IMG/VR virus record: IMGVR_UViG_3300045740_000123
Location: 1-64,000 of that record
DNA length: 64,000 nt
Source of the DNA: a virus
Direction: 5' to 3' (one strand)
The notes under the pieces are model-generated. The model ran no database searches and was not told the DNA's origin. It was given only the letters and a program-made list of their open reading frames with translations. The position numbers were made by a program, and so were the translations under genes. Below are positions 19,248-28,690 of the stretch, one piece after another (within the stretch, counting starts at the first letter, position 1; each line of letters begins with the position of its first letter).

Positions 19248-19537
19248 TTTGTCAAAAGCTTTTCCATAAGCTTATCAAGCTTATTATTGATTTCGCGAAA
19301 ATTATCATGCATTTCTTGGATTTCCCTTAAAAAATCAACCTTCAAGACATAGTCCAGAGGCATGCGATTAATTTGATCTTCCAAGATATCAATCCTTCTT
19401 TTTTGAGAATTTGTGTAGTTAAAGGCCTGTTGAATATCTTGAGCATGTCTGCCAAGAATCTTATTGGCGACCCATGTTCCTGCGCTAACGGCCGAAACAA
19501 TCGCTGTCAACCCTAACGCAAGGTACTCCGGACCCAC
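19244..19537 (-). CDS. small membrane-anchored coiled-coil protein (holin-like?)
   Basis: N-terminal hydrophobic helix, coiled coil, YVLKVDF motif. Confidence 0.5.
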   Translation of the reverse strand: MGPEYLALGLTAIVSAVSAGTWVANKILGRHAQDIQQAFNYTNSQKRRIDILEDQINRMPLDYVLKVDFLREIQEMHDNFREINNKLDKLMEKLLTK

Positions 19538-19569
19538 TTGCTTTTAAAATCTTTTTTACTATTTTAGGG

Positions 19570-21096
19570 TTAGTAATCAAGATGAAGTTTTCCTTTTCGA
19601 GCAAGACCGGTTACCAGCCAAACCAATGCATCAACACAGTCGTCGTGACCACTAACACCAAAGTTTGTTAGCTCATCAAACACGTGCGTGAAGTTTCGGA
19701 AACGATTGAAAATAATCTTGCGTTCTTCAAAGAGGCCTACAATACCCCGGAAGCGGGCCAGCTTATCTGCACGGAAACCTTTAACCGGATGCCAGATTAA
19801 ATTGTCCAGTCCTTCACCGTTAATACAAACACGTTTAAAGTCTGCCTCCAGGGATGCCTGGTACTGGACAGCTTCTGACCAAATATCACATGTTGAATAC
19901 GTTGGAAAATAATTATCATTGGCATCTCTGCCAATAATTGACCAATCGTTTAGAAGTTCTTTTAACGCATCTAGTTTCTCCAGATTACCCATGACGCGTA
20001 AGCGGCGGTAATCAATGATATGAATACGATCGTCAATACGGCCACCAAGAATCATGACTGTGTAGTCATTTTTTTCTTTGGTACCTGCAGAAAGATCCAC
20101 CCCGATACCGAGCGTATCAAACTCTGTTGCGATTTCAGCCTTAACAATTAACTCTGGTGCCAGAGACAGTTCGTTCTGTCTGACAACCTGATTCATGTAC
20201 TGGAAAGAAAAAGCAATCGGTGCTTGCCGTTTCTTTTCTTTCAGGTAATCCAGTGACCACATCTCTGGCCAATATGATTCTTCGTCGCCTGTTTTAATAT
20301 CTGTTTGAATGGCTGATAGAACAATCTGCGTCCAGTTATTTTGCTCGTTGAATGTTGTCGCATGAATGTCATCATGTCGGAAGCGGGTTCCAAGACAAAT
20401 GGCCCTGCCTCCTTCAAACATGGTGGGAGCAATCACCGCGTTCCAGTTATCCTGCATGGTTTTACGGATATCTGGGTTTGAGATGTCCGCAGCAGATTTG
20501 ATGGCGTCATCAATCATCACAAGATGAGAACGCTTGGAGGTCACGGAACCCTTGAGACCTGCAGCGCAGAGGGTGAATTGTTCGTCACCTGTTACGTCAA
20601 TGCCAGCAAATTTATGGTCAATGGACCAGTACTCATTACTGGTTACGTTTTTAAGAAGGCGTACTGTGGGGAAAACTTCTTGATAACGTTTGCTTTCAAT
20701 AATACGTTTAATGGTTGCCGACTTGGATCGTGCAATATCAACCGTATATGAAAGATAAAGAATCTGCAGAGGTAATTTGGCTTGTGTATGAATGCCAATT
20801 GCCCAGGCAGTCAATAAACCAAGAACAGTAGATTTAGCTGATCCCCGTGGTGCCAGCAGATCAATATTGGGGCCAGCAATTTTAATTAGACAGCTGCTAT
20901 CTTCGTCCGTAACAAAGTGACGATGCCAATCTTGATGATGTTTTGCAGGGGGTTTATCAGCTACATACTCACAGAAAAATCCAAAATCTTGACGAGCGCG
21001 TTCGATCTCGTCATTGTTTTTGGCGGGCTTAACTTGATAATTTTTAGAGGCGGCACGTGCATTCCGCCTGTAAGCAAGGTGTAGGTAAGAAGGCAC
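19570..21096 (-). CDS. terL: terminase large subunit
   Basis: APRGSAKST Walker A, VMIDD Walker B, GTRF..DD, GVDLS, HDDCVDA nuclease motif. Confidence 0.92.
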   Translation of the reverse strand: MPSYLHLAYRRNARAASKNYQVKPAKNNDEIERARQDFGFFCEYVADKPPAKHHQDWHRHFVTDEDSSCLIKIAGPNIDLLAPRGSAKSTVLGLLTAWAIGIHTQAKLPLQILYLSYTVDIARSKSATIKRIIESKRYQEVFPTVRLLKNVTSNEYWSIDHKFAGIDVTGDEQFTLCAAGLKGSVTSKRSHLVMIDDAIKSAADISNPDIRKTMQDNWNAVIAPTMFEGGRAICLGTRFRHDDIHATTFNEQNNWTQIVLSAIQTDIKTGDEESYWPEMWSLDYLKEKKRQAPIAFSFQYMNQVVRQNELSLAPELIVKAEIATEFDTLGIGVDLSAGTKEKNDYTVMILGGRIDDRIHIIDYRRLRVMGNLEKLDALKELLNDWSIIGRDANDNYFPTYSTCDIWSEAVQYQASLEADFKRVCINGEGLDNLIWHPVKGFRADKLARFRGIVGLFEERKIIFNRFRNFTHVFDELTNFGVSGHDDCVDALVWLVTGLARKGKLHLDY

Positions 21097-21323
21097 AGGC
21101 CGAAGTAATCAGTAACTGAATACTAGCCTATTCTTCTGTCTCTTCTGTTTTTTTAGTTGATTTGTACTTACGTGCTTTATCTAAAGCAGCCTTACGCTTT
21201 TCTTTATCACTCATCTCAGAACCATCTGCGTTCTTGGCTTCCTTTTTGCGGAAGTGTTCAAGAAGCTGAGGAGGCATTTTGCCTTTTGCCATGACAGTTG
21301 TTTTTCTTTATTTTAACTTATTT

Positions 21324-21860
21324 TTATTCTTCTAATTGCATACGAGCCCAGACACTCATTGTTGCTTCATGTAGTGGGGCTTCGATGGGATCATCTTTGA
21401 AGATGAACATCAACTCACGAATGGCGCGATCTGCTCCAGCCATTAGAAGGCCCTTACGATCTTTGCCGGATGTATATTGTTCAACTTGATTGATGGTTCC
21501 ACGTAATTCTTTTTGCATGGCAGCAATACGCGCCACGCCAGAATCACGTTTCACGGCAAGGTTCTCAATGTCATCCCTAAGACGACGAATATCCTCTCGC
21601 ATCTGCTCAATCTCATCTAAGAGCATTTTGCGGTGGTCTGGCTTTGGATACCGTTCTTCTATCCAGGTTTCACAGGAAGGGATGCTTCCTACATAACCAA
21701 GGAATCTGGCATAAAGGAACGTCTCAATGACAGAGTAATTTTCTTTAGCAAAAGAATGGAAGGATTCCTGGACGCTTTTATCCAGGGAATCCAACCACTC
21801 TTGAAAACATTCAGAAGAAGTCAAAGCAGAGCTTTGCCTTTTAGTTGAAAATTTTAGCAT
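21324..21860 (-). CDS. coiled-coil protein, candidate terminase small subunit
   Basis: Helical 178-aa ORF upstream of terL; position only. Confidence 0.4.
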   Translation of the reverse strand: MLKFSTKRQSSALTSSECFQEWLDSLDKSVQESFHSFAKENYSVIETFLYARFLGYVGSIPSCETWIEERYPKPDHRKMLLDEIEQMREDIRRLRDDIENLAVKRDSGVARIAAMQKELRGTINQVEQYTSGKDRKGLLMAGADRAIRELMFIFKDDPIEAPLHEATMSVWARMQLEE

Positions 21861-22720
21861 CAGAAACGATATGCACCTGCTGCTTTCAAATAATCTCGGC
21901 TGCGATCACGCTCAGAGAATTCCTGAAGCTGCTGCTTTTGTTCTTCTTGAGAAGTCTGGAGTTTCTGCAGAAGGTCGGTAAACAGTTTCGGATCAAAAGC
22001 AGTTGATGCGTTTTGTTGTTGCAGATAACCTGCCAAATCAAACGAAGGTTCTGGAGGAGCCGGAGGCTCCTGACCACCTTGTTCCTTAAGTGCCTTCATT
22101 TCTTCTGTCAAACTCTCAAAGAGTGTCTTGAGTTCGTCCAGCTGTGTCGGCTCTGTTGCCACCTCTGTTGTTGTGGTAGTTTTAGGAGGGGCAGCTTCAG
22201 GCGTTTCAATGGCAGGAGTCTTGGTTTTGTTTTTGCGAACAAAGTCACGAACGCGCTGCAATTCTTTCTTGCTGTCGATTTTTCCAAAACCTAAAGTCTT
22301 GGCTGCATCTAAGTAAGCAGGATTTTTATTTGCATCTCTTAAATTTTTATTTAAACCGTCTTTACCTGCTTTGCCTATTGGGAGGCCAATACCCGGTAAA
22401 GTTTTTGGTGTTTTGTTTTGTTTTGATTGAGTTGAAGCCGCTTGCTTAGCCTTGCCTGGTTTTGTTCCTTGCAGAACATTCAGGATGGATTTATAAGTTT
22501 TAGGGTTTGTTACGGAAGCTTTGGCCGGGGCAGCTCCAGGGATGGTGTTCCTGGCAGTTCCCGTCGCAGCCGGAGAGCTTGCTTTTGCTGCTGGAGCACT
22601 TGCACGTGCTGCGGGGGCTGAAGCCTTGGCACCACCTCCTGCCTTAGCGCCACCTCCTCCCTTGGCACCGCCGCCTCCCTTGGCACCACCACCGCCTTTT
22701 CCGCCGCCGCCTTTAGCCAT
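21860..22720 (-). CDS. low-complexity Lys/Gly/Ala-rich protein
   Basis: N-terminal AKGGGG repeats. Confidence 0.65.
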   Translation of the reverse strand: MAKGGGGKGGGGAKGGGGAKGGGGAKAGGGAKASAPAARASAPAAKASSPAATGTARNTIPGAAPAKASVTNPKTYKSILNVLQGTKPGKAKQAASTQSKQNKTPKTLPGIGLPIGKAGKDGLNKNLRDANKNPAYLDAAKTLGFGKIDSKKELQRVRDFVRKNKTKTPAIETPEAAPPKTTTTTEVATEPTQLDELKTLFESLTEEMKALKEQGGQEPPAPPEPSFDLAGYLQQQNASTAFDPKLFTDLLQKLQTSQEEQKQQLQEFSERDRSRDYLKAAGAYRF

Positions 22721-22920
22721 GTCTCTTAGGGATTATGGGTCAATAAGAAGATTGGGTATCGGGTACGTTTTTAAGTTGTTCCCGAGATTTTTTTAGTTGC
22801 TCCAGGAGAACTTTAAAGTTCTGCGGATCAAAGGGTGCATTGATGGGAGACCCTGGTTTAACAAAAGAAGAAACGGTTTCTTCCATCTTTAGCAATGGTT
22901 TAATTATAACAGTTTAGATA

Positions 22921-23640
22921 TCAAGTAAATGCGTAGCCGATCAAGCCATATAACGCATTTGCTTGCTGCGTTTGTGCAAGATCTTTTGATGTTTTAGCAG
23001 AGATTAAAGCTTGCTCACGCGCAGACTTGGCTTGGATCTTATAAGGATCAATCTGAGTGGCGTACTCCATCTCAGCAATTGTAGAACCCTGTGCGCTATC
23101 TGGGCTTAACCCTGATAAGAAATCTTTGATGGAGGAAACAGGGTAACCGAAAGGTGACGTAGAAGATTGTTCGCCAGTCTGAGTAACTGTAGGAGTGGTC
23201 TTAACGTATTTACCGGTGGCTGGATCAGCTTTGTAGCGACCAGATTCGCCAAGAAAACGAGAGACTTGGCCAGATAGCTGCTTACCTAAAAATGTTTGAG
23301 CAAGGTAATCTTGTACGTCTTCTTTTGAATAACCTTGACTGGCGGCTTTTTTAACAGCTTCTGAACTGATGGGGCGACCATAATACCCATCAAACTCAGC
23401 AAAACCTGCTTTTTCAAACGCAGATTTTACTTTGCCTGTTAAAGCAGAAACAGGAACTGCGCCAGAAACTCGGTTTAAGTATTTTTCAAAGCTTTCCCCT
23501 TTTTTACCTTTTGTTGCTTTACGAAATTCTTTGTTGCTTATTACATCGTTGGGGCCACGATAACCAACGGATTTACCAATCTTGGCTTGTTTTGCAGAAG
23601 AAGGTTTTGCACCTGTTCTAAAAAGTTGTTCTAAACTCAT
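22921..23640 (-). CDS. hypothetical virion-module protein
   Basis: 239-aa ORF. Confidence 0.6.
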   Translation of the reverse strand: MSLEQLFRTGAKPSSAKQAKIGKSVGYRGPNDVISNKEFRKATKGKKGESFEKYLNRVSGAVPVSALTGKVKSAFEKAGFAEFDGYYGRPISSEAVKKAASQGYSKEDVQDYLAQTFLGKQLSGQVSRFLGESGRYKADPATGKYVKTTPTVTQTGEQSSTSPFGYPVSSIKDFLSGLSPDSAQGSTIAEMEYATQIDPYKIQAKSAREQALISAKTSKDLAQTQQANALYGLIGYAFT

Positions 23641-23686
23641 TGCTGTCTACCGTGCTACTTATAAGTATAAGATTAGAAAACAAAGA

Positions 23687-24454
23687 TCAGTAATTTAAAG
23701 CCGAGGATGGGGTGCTCCGGTTAAAGCGGAATGTACCGGTCATTGCACCATCAGCTGTGCGATAAGGCATCCCGTACTTGCCGCCATAAGGAAGATTGGC
23801 CATGAATGCAAGAGGATTAGAACGAATATATTCTGGGGAACTCATCAAAGCAGTGCCAAGGAATTCAGAGAATGCTTCAGGCGTTGCTGCTTTACCAACA
23901 GCTTGAGCTGCTTTTTCGTATCCTTGTAATTGACTTTCGCTTAATTGGCCCAGGCCAAGTTGTTGCGCAGCAAATTGAGTGAAAGGACGATAGCTTTGTA
24001 CGGTGCTGGTCGGAGTAATGCCACGGGTTGTTGAAGCAATCTGCCCTGCCACCTTAAATGTCTCAGGCAGTTTGTAAGCAAGTCCAAAATCTTCAAAACG
24101 AGAAGATGCTTCTTGAGGACTTAAGCGACCAGCCCCGACTTGATCCGTCAGATATTGAGCGTAATCTCCTGCCTGGCTAAAAATATTTTCTTCCCCTTTG
24201 CGTATATCAAATAAAGCACTTAAACCAGTCTCGCTAAGACGCTTAATCTGTTCCTGGGAAGATGTGCCACCAGATTTAATTTCCCCGGTAGGGAAACCAA
24301 ACTGATCTAAACGTGGCCTTCCATAAAATTCGGAAGTGCCGCCAGATTTATCTTTAGCGTCTTTTTCTTGAAAGTAGGAAGAAAGTCCAGGTGCCGCTGG
24401 CATTTGGGACTTACTGCCGGAAGTGGGAAAATATGACTTAACAGGTGCTGGCAT
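23687..24454 (-). CDS. hypothetical virion-module protein
   Basis: 255-aa ORF. Confidence 0.6.
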   Translation of the reverse strand: MPAPVKSYFPTSGSKSQMPAAPGLSSYFQEKDAKDKSGGTSEFYGRPRLDQFGFPTGEIKSGGTSSQEQIKRLSETGLSALFDIRKGEENIFSQAGDYAQYLTDQVGAGRLSPQEASSRFEDFGLAYKLPETFKVAGQIASTTRGITPTSTVQSYRPFTQFAAQQLGLGQLSESQLQGYEKAAQAVGKAATPEAFSEFLGTALMSSPEYIRSNPLAFMANLPYGGKYGMPYRTADGAMTGTFRFNRSTPSSALNY

Positions 24455-24491
24455 TTTTTTTACTCAATAATTATTATTTTAACTGAGTAAA

Positions 24492-25001
24492 TTAAAAAAG
24501 ATTTAACGGCGACACATAACCAGGCATTGCTGAAGATAGTTGTGCAGCATAATCTTGGACACGATCAAAGCGAGAAAGACCTCGATTGATTGCCATGGCT
24601 GGGTTATAGGCCTGGAATTCAGCTTCTTGCTGTGCTTGCTTGAACGCATTCAAACGATTTGCGGCGCCACCGGCACCAGTGTTATAACGCTGCGTAAGGT
24701 AATCAAAACCAAAGCCAGCCCATTCTTTGGCAAGCTCGCGACGGGTCGCTTCTTTTGAAGCTTGTTTGGTTGCTTCTGCAGCTTTTTCAGCAGCTTGTTC
24801 AGTCGCACTGGCAGCTTTTGACGCACCAAAGATAGAACCAGCTGCAGAAATACCGGCTGCCGCAAGTGGAATAAGTGGGAAAGCCATGGAAGAACTAGAA
24901 GCTGATGTAGTGGTAAAAGGGTTTTTTGATAAAGAATCAGCTACACCAGAAAACTGACCTGCTGTATCTATACCAAAACCGCCATCAAAGGGACCTGCCA
25001 T
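24492..25001 (-). CDS. putative internal virion/ejection protein
   Basis: LAAAGISAAGSIFGASKAA...QAA pattern resembles pilot/ejection proteins. Confidence 0.5.
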   Translation of the reverse strand: MAGPFDGGFGIDTAGQFSGVADSLSKNPFTTTSASSSSMAFPLIPLAAAGISAAGSIFGASKAASATEQAAEKAAEATKQASKEATRRELAKEWAGFGFDYLTQRYNTGAGGAANRLNAFKQAQQEAEFQAYNPAMAINRGLSRFDRVQDYAAQLSSAMPGYVSPLNLF

Positions 25002-25024
25002 GACTCAATTATAAAGGTAAAGAA

Positions 25025-25462
25025 TCAACCAAACGTCACACTACGACGCACAGGGTTGAACGGAGTGGCACGATAAATATCGGCAATCTGTCCAGGAATG
25101 GAGGCCAGAATTTGTTGACGTTGTGGGTTGTAGATCATGGTTGCAACTGATTCGGCGGTCTTGGGAATCAGGTTGACCAGATCACGCTTCATTTGCATAT
25201 CAAAAGCTTGCTTGGCTTCTTCGCCACGAAACTCTTTATATACATTCATGAGTTCACGTAAACGATCGGGGTCGTTATACATGTCCTCTTTGCGTTGCAT
25301 TTCAGTAACAAGCCAAGGAAGAATCTGTTTATCCGGATCGTAGGGGTTATCAGAACGTTCCTGTTGCTGCTGAAGCATTGAACCAAACACGCTTCCGTCC
25401 ATACCGGAAGAACCTGGTTCATTACCAGCAAGATTGGTAAACGGTAAGGAGAAAGGTGCCAT
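25025..25462 (-). CDS. hypothetical protein
   Basis: 145-aa ORF. Confidence 0.6.
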   Translation of the reverse strand: MAPFSLPFTNLAGNEPGSSGMDGSVFGSMLQQQQERSDNPYDPDKQILPWLVTEMQRKEDMYNDPDRLRELMNVYKEFRGEEAKQAFDMQMKRDLVNLIPKTAESVATMIYNPQRQQILASIPGQIADIYRATPFNPVRRSVTFG

Positions 25463-25473
25463 TGTTATTTATT

Positions 25474-26397
25474 TCAACCGATAGAGATGTTTGGTGAACC
25501 TAATGCAACAACATAAGGATTGGTTGCAAGCGCTTGACGCATGGTAGCGCCACGCTCACGTTGTGCACCAAGAGCAAGGTTGGATTGAGCGCCGACCATC
25601 ATCTGTTGCAGATAAGCATTGTTCTGGGTATTGATCAATGCTTGTGCACGAGTCAGCTGATCGTTTGCAAGTTTGGTGGTGATGGGAATCATCGCCCGCT
25701 GCATGTCGATCTCTTGCTGATTCTGGAACTGCGTCAAATCTTTAATGTTTGACGTAGTCATGCCCATCATGGTGCCGTAATACTCAAGCTGACGCTTTTG
25801 GTTACGGTTATCAAAATCTTGTTGGGCAGCAGCATCATTAAGATTGATGCGTCCCAGGGGAGTTTCAATGAAACGAGGAGGCTGTGCAACTTCCGTACCG
25901 GCTTTACCAGTAGGAGGTTTACCGGTGTAGGCAGAGACTGCAGCTTCTGCTGCACCGCCGCCAAGCATGCCGCCCAGAGCAGAGCCGGCAAGACCGCCGA
26001 TTACCGTACCAACGCCAGGAAGCAGGGCAGTACCTAATGCAGCACCAGCAGCACCACCTGCTGCGGAACCAACCAGGCCACCTGCTGCTTCAGCTGGACG
26101 ACCTTCCATCAGGGAAGGGATTGCCATCAGCGCACCACCAGCCAAGCCACCGCGCAGGCCAGCACGCATTGGTTTATTACGGATATACTCTCCAGCGCCT
26201 TTAGCTTTTTCCTGCACAGACTCAAGAGCAGTGCCGGTACCAGCCTGAAGATTTGCCATGAAATCTTGCAAACCTTGTTGAGCCCGTGCACGGCGGCTCT
26301 GAGATGGAGCAGTGCCACCAACCTCCATTACTTCACCGGAGACTGGATCCCCCATGTAAGTCTTACCGGTGGATGGATCCGTAAAAATGCGAGCCAT
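25474..26397 (-). CDS. glycine-zipper protein, putative ejection/core protein
   Basis: GGAAGAALGTALLPGVGTVIGGLAGSALGG and Gln-rich helix. Confidence 0.6.
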   Translation of the reverse strand: MARIFTDPSTGKTYMGDPVSGEVMEVGGTAPSQSRRARAQQGLQDFMANLQAGTGTALESVQEKAKGAGEYIRNKPMRAGLRGGLAGGALMAIPSLMEGRPAEAAGGLVGSAAGGAAGAALGTALLPGVGTVIGGLAGSALGGMLGGGAAEAAVSAYTGKPPTGKAGTEVAQPPRFIETPLGRINLNDAAAQQDFDNRNQKRQLEYYGTMMGMTTSNIKDLTQFQNQQEIDMQRAMIPITTKLANDQLTRAQALINTQNNAYLQQMMVGAQSNLALGAQRERGATMRQALATNPYVVALGSPNISIG

Positions 26398-26419
26398 CTA
26401 TTTGATTATTTCTTATATC

Positions 26420-27334
26420 TTAAATTTTATCAGTACTCATTTCGTATTCAGCAACTGTTGGTAATTTAGGACGATTACCAGCAGCAATTGCTTCGTTAAC
26501 AACGTTGCCGGTGGTTACGCCAAGCACAGATCCAACTGCGCCACCAATTGCCCCACGAATCGCACGTGTTTTAGGAGTACCTCCACCGGCAGCGGCAATC
26601 TTCGCGCCAGCTGTACCAGCAGCAAAACCTCCGACCATCGGAAGACTTACAGGGAAACCAAGCATTCGAACTTCTGGATGACCCTGAAGATTCTCCATAG
26701 TTCCTTTGACGATACCAAGACCAAGAAGGCCTTTTTCGTTATATAAGAAATTAAGGTAGTTACCATAGCGCTCAGGCGTTAAATCGGGAATCTCTTCTTT
26801 TGCAGTGGCATACTTTAAGGGGTCGCCAGTACGGCCAAGGAAGAAGCGTTCAAATAATTCCTGCACTGGTTGCGCAGTTTGTCGACGATCCTCTGCACCT
26901 TTTGGAGAATAGGTCTGAGCGTAACCTTCGGGACGAAACTGCTCTTCTGGATTAGTAATGTCATAGGTACCAGCGGCAGCAACGGCTGGTATGGCAATGG
27001 CAAGACCAGCTGCAGCACGGCCGGTAGGTGTGTCGATTTCTTTGACGCCTACTTCAGCGGCACGTTGAGCGATAGCAAGAGGATGGTTCCAACGCCACCA
27101 GTAGGTTCGCGTGCCGTCGTTACCAACGTCAATCAACATACGTGAGGTATAAGCACCAAGAAACTGACCAGGGGTTTCACGCGCTGAAATACCTTTTGCT
27201 TTGATAGCTTCTTTAAAACGCGGATCTAAAACACTTTCACCATATCCAAGTCCCTCACGGACCATACGGATCTGGGCGATGTCTGCTTTTTTAAAACCAC
27301 GTTTATATTCTTTTAAAAAATTAAGAGGATTCAT
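26420..27334 (-). CDS. glycine-zipper protein
   Basis: 304-aa ORF with GGFAAG..GAIGGAVGSVLG. Confidence 0.6.
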   Translation of the reverse strand: MNPLNFLKEYKRGFKKADIAQIRMVREGLGYGESVLDPRFKEAIKAKGISARETPGQFLGAYTSRMLIDVGNDGTRTYWWRWNHPLAIAQRAAEVGVKEIDTPTGRAAAGLAIAIPAVAAAGTYDITNPEEQFRPEGYAQTYSPKGAEDRRQTAQPVQELFERFFLGRTGDPLKYATAKEEIPDLTPERYGNYLNFLYNEKGLLGLGIVKGTMENLQGHPEVRMLGFPVSLPMVGGFAAGTAGAKIAAAGGGTPKTRAIRGAIGGAVGSVLGVTTGNVVNEAIAAGNRPKLPTVAEYEMSTDKI

Positions 27335-27906
27335 TAGCTTGCTCCTCCAGCCATAACAAGCTGATCAATGTAACCAGGGGGCAGATTGGGAAGCATCTTG
27401 GTTACTTGCTGACGGTAGTCATCAAGGAATGTTTGCTCAATACCTTGTGCCTGGAATTGTGTGCCAGGGGCAACAGCTTGTGGTACCTGCAGATTATTGA
27501 TGCCCTGACGTTGCATCATCTGTTGCATGATCTGTTGTTCCTGCGAAACCTGCGTGGGTTCCACCATCGAAGGAGCAATCAACCTACCTGCAACAGCTTC
27601 CGTTACAAAAGGAGAGACTAAGGAACCGCCAAGATTGGCCGCAGTCTCCAGGCGGGAAGGGACAAGTTCTTCTTCAAACTTGCCTGGTGCCACCTCAACG
27701 CGACGTGACTTGGGTGGGCGTAGTTTACGTGCTGCTGCAGTCAGTGGTAATGCTGTCGCAATATCCCCGAGACCATAAGCCAGGCCCATGCCAGGGCCGC
27801 CGGCCATTGCTCCAAACCCTGCAGATAACGCACTGCCCGCTGCAACGTTGCCTACAAGATCTTTATTGCGTTTAGCAAAGCTAAGGGCGCGAGCAAACGG
27901 GTTCAT
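27334..27906 (-). CDS. hypothetical Gly/Ala-rich protein
   Basis: 190-aa ORF coupled to next gene. Confidence 0.6.
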   Translation of the reverse strand: MNPFARALSFAKRNKDLVGNVAAGSALSAGFGAMAGGPGMGLAYGLGDIATALPLTAAARKLRPPKSRRVEVAPGKFEEELVPSRLETAANLGGSLVSPFVTEAVAGRLIAPSMVEPTQVSQEQQIMQQMMQRQGINNLQVPQAVAPGTQFQAQGIEQTFLDDYRQQVTKMLPNLPPGYIDQLVMAGGAS

Positions 27907-27941
27907 ATCAATACTCTTTTCTTTATTTTAATTTGAGTAAC

Positions 27942-28475
27942 TCAAGAAATTTGCGTTCCGCTCTGCACTGTTTCATCTACAGCTGCAGGCAGTTCAGGAA
28001 TCACCGGAGTGCCACCTTGCTGAACCATGGAACGTAAATAACCAAATGGATCCATATTGTCCTGACGAGGGAATGGATTTTTAGTTTTATCTTTAGGATC
28101 AATGATTGGACTTAAATTATAAAGTTCGTTCCAGGATGGATTGAAGTCTGGTTGCTGCTCTGGGAAGTTAGGTGTTTTGGGGCGTCCAATGAAAGGATCG
28201 TATTCAAAATCTGGAGAGAACCGTCCGAGATCAGGGAACTGAACGTAAGGTTCAGCGTTAGGGTCTTCGGAAACAAAGTTGAGTTTATTGCGTGTTAAGC
28301 GTTTGTTTGCTACAGCACGCAGCAATTCCGCCTGACCCATGCGAGATGGTATCCAGGGTGTCTCGGCGGATTGTGGTTTGACTGCATACTGATCGACTAA
28401 TTTACTTTTACTTTGGGAGTTGTCCGCAAAGTTAATGTAAATATTAGGTGTAGTCTTGGGGCGATCTAGTTTCAT
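27942..28475 (-). CDS. hypothetical Pro-rich protein
   Basis: 177-aa ORF. Confidence 0.6.
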   Translation of the reverse strand: MKLDRPKTTPNIYINFADNSQSKSKLVDQYAVKPQSAETPWIPSRMGQAELLRAVANKRLTRNKLNFVSEDPNAEPYVQFPDLGRFSPDFEYDPFIGRPKTPNFPEQQPDFNPSWNELYNLSPIIDPKDKTKNPFPRQDNMDPFGYLRSMVQQGGTPVIPELPAAVDETVQSGTQIS

Positions 28476-28690
28476 TCAGCTTTTTTCTTCTTATGTAAAC
28501 CTACAAGAGTTTTACGAAGATTAGCTTGCTTCACAGTTTTTTCATCGTATTTATCTGGATTTGATAAAACGTTTTCTTGAAGCTGGGCTGGCGTGATGCC
28601 ACGGGATTTAGCTTTAGCTGTGAAGGCACCTTCCTTCATCTCCATCCCTTGGATCCATTTTTTATCTTTCTTCTTTTCAGCCATGATCAA
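28472..28690 (-). CDS. small basic protein
   Basis: KKWIQ....KEGAFTAKAK...KQANL.KTL. Confidence 0.6.
   Translation of the reverse strand: MIMAEKKKDKKWIQGMEMKEGAFTAKAKSRGITPAQLQENVLSNPDKYDEKTVKQANLRKTLVGLHKKKKAE

Noticed and set aside
22640-22720. GC-rich tandem repeat
   Set aside because: Explained by AKGGGG coding repeats.
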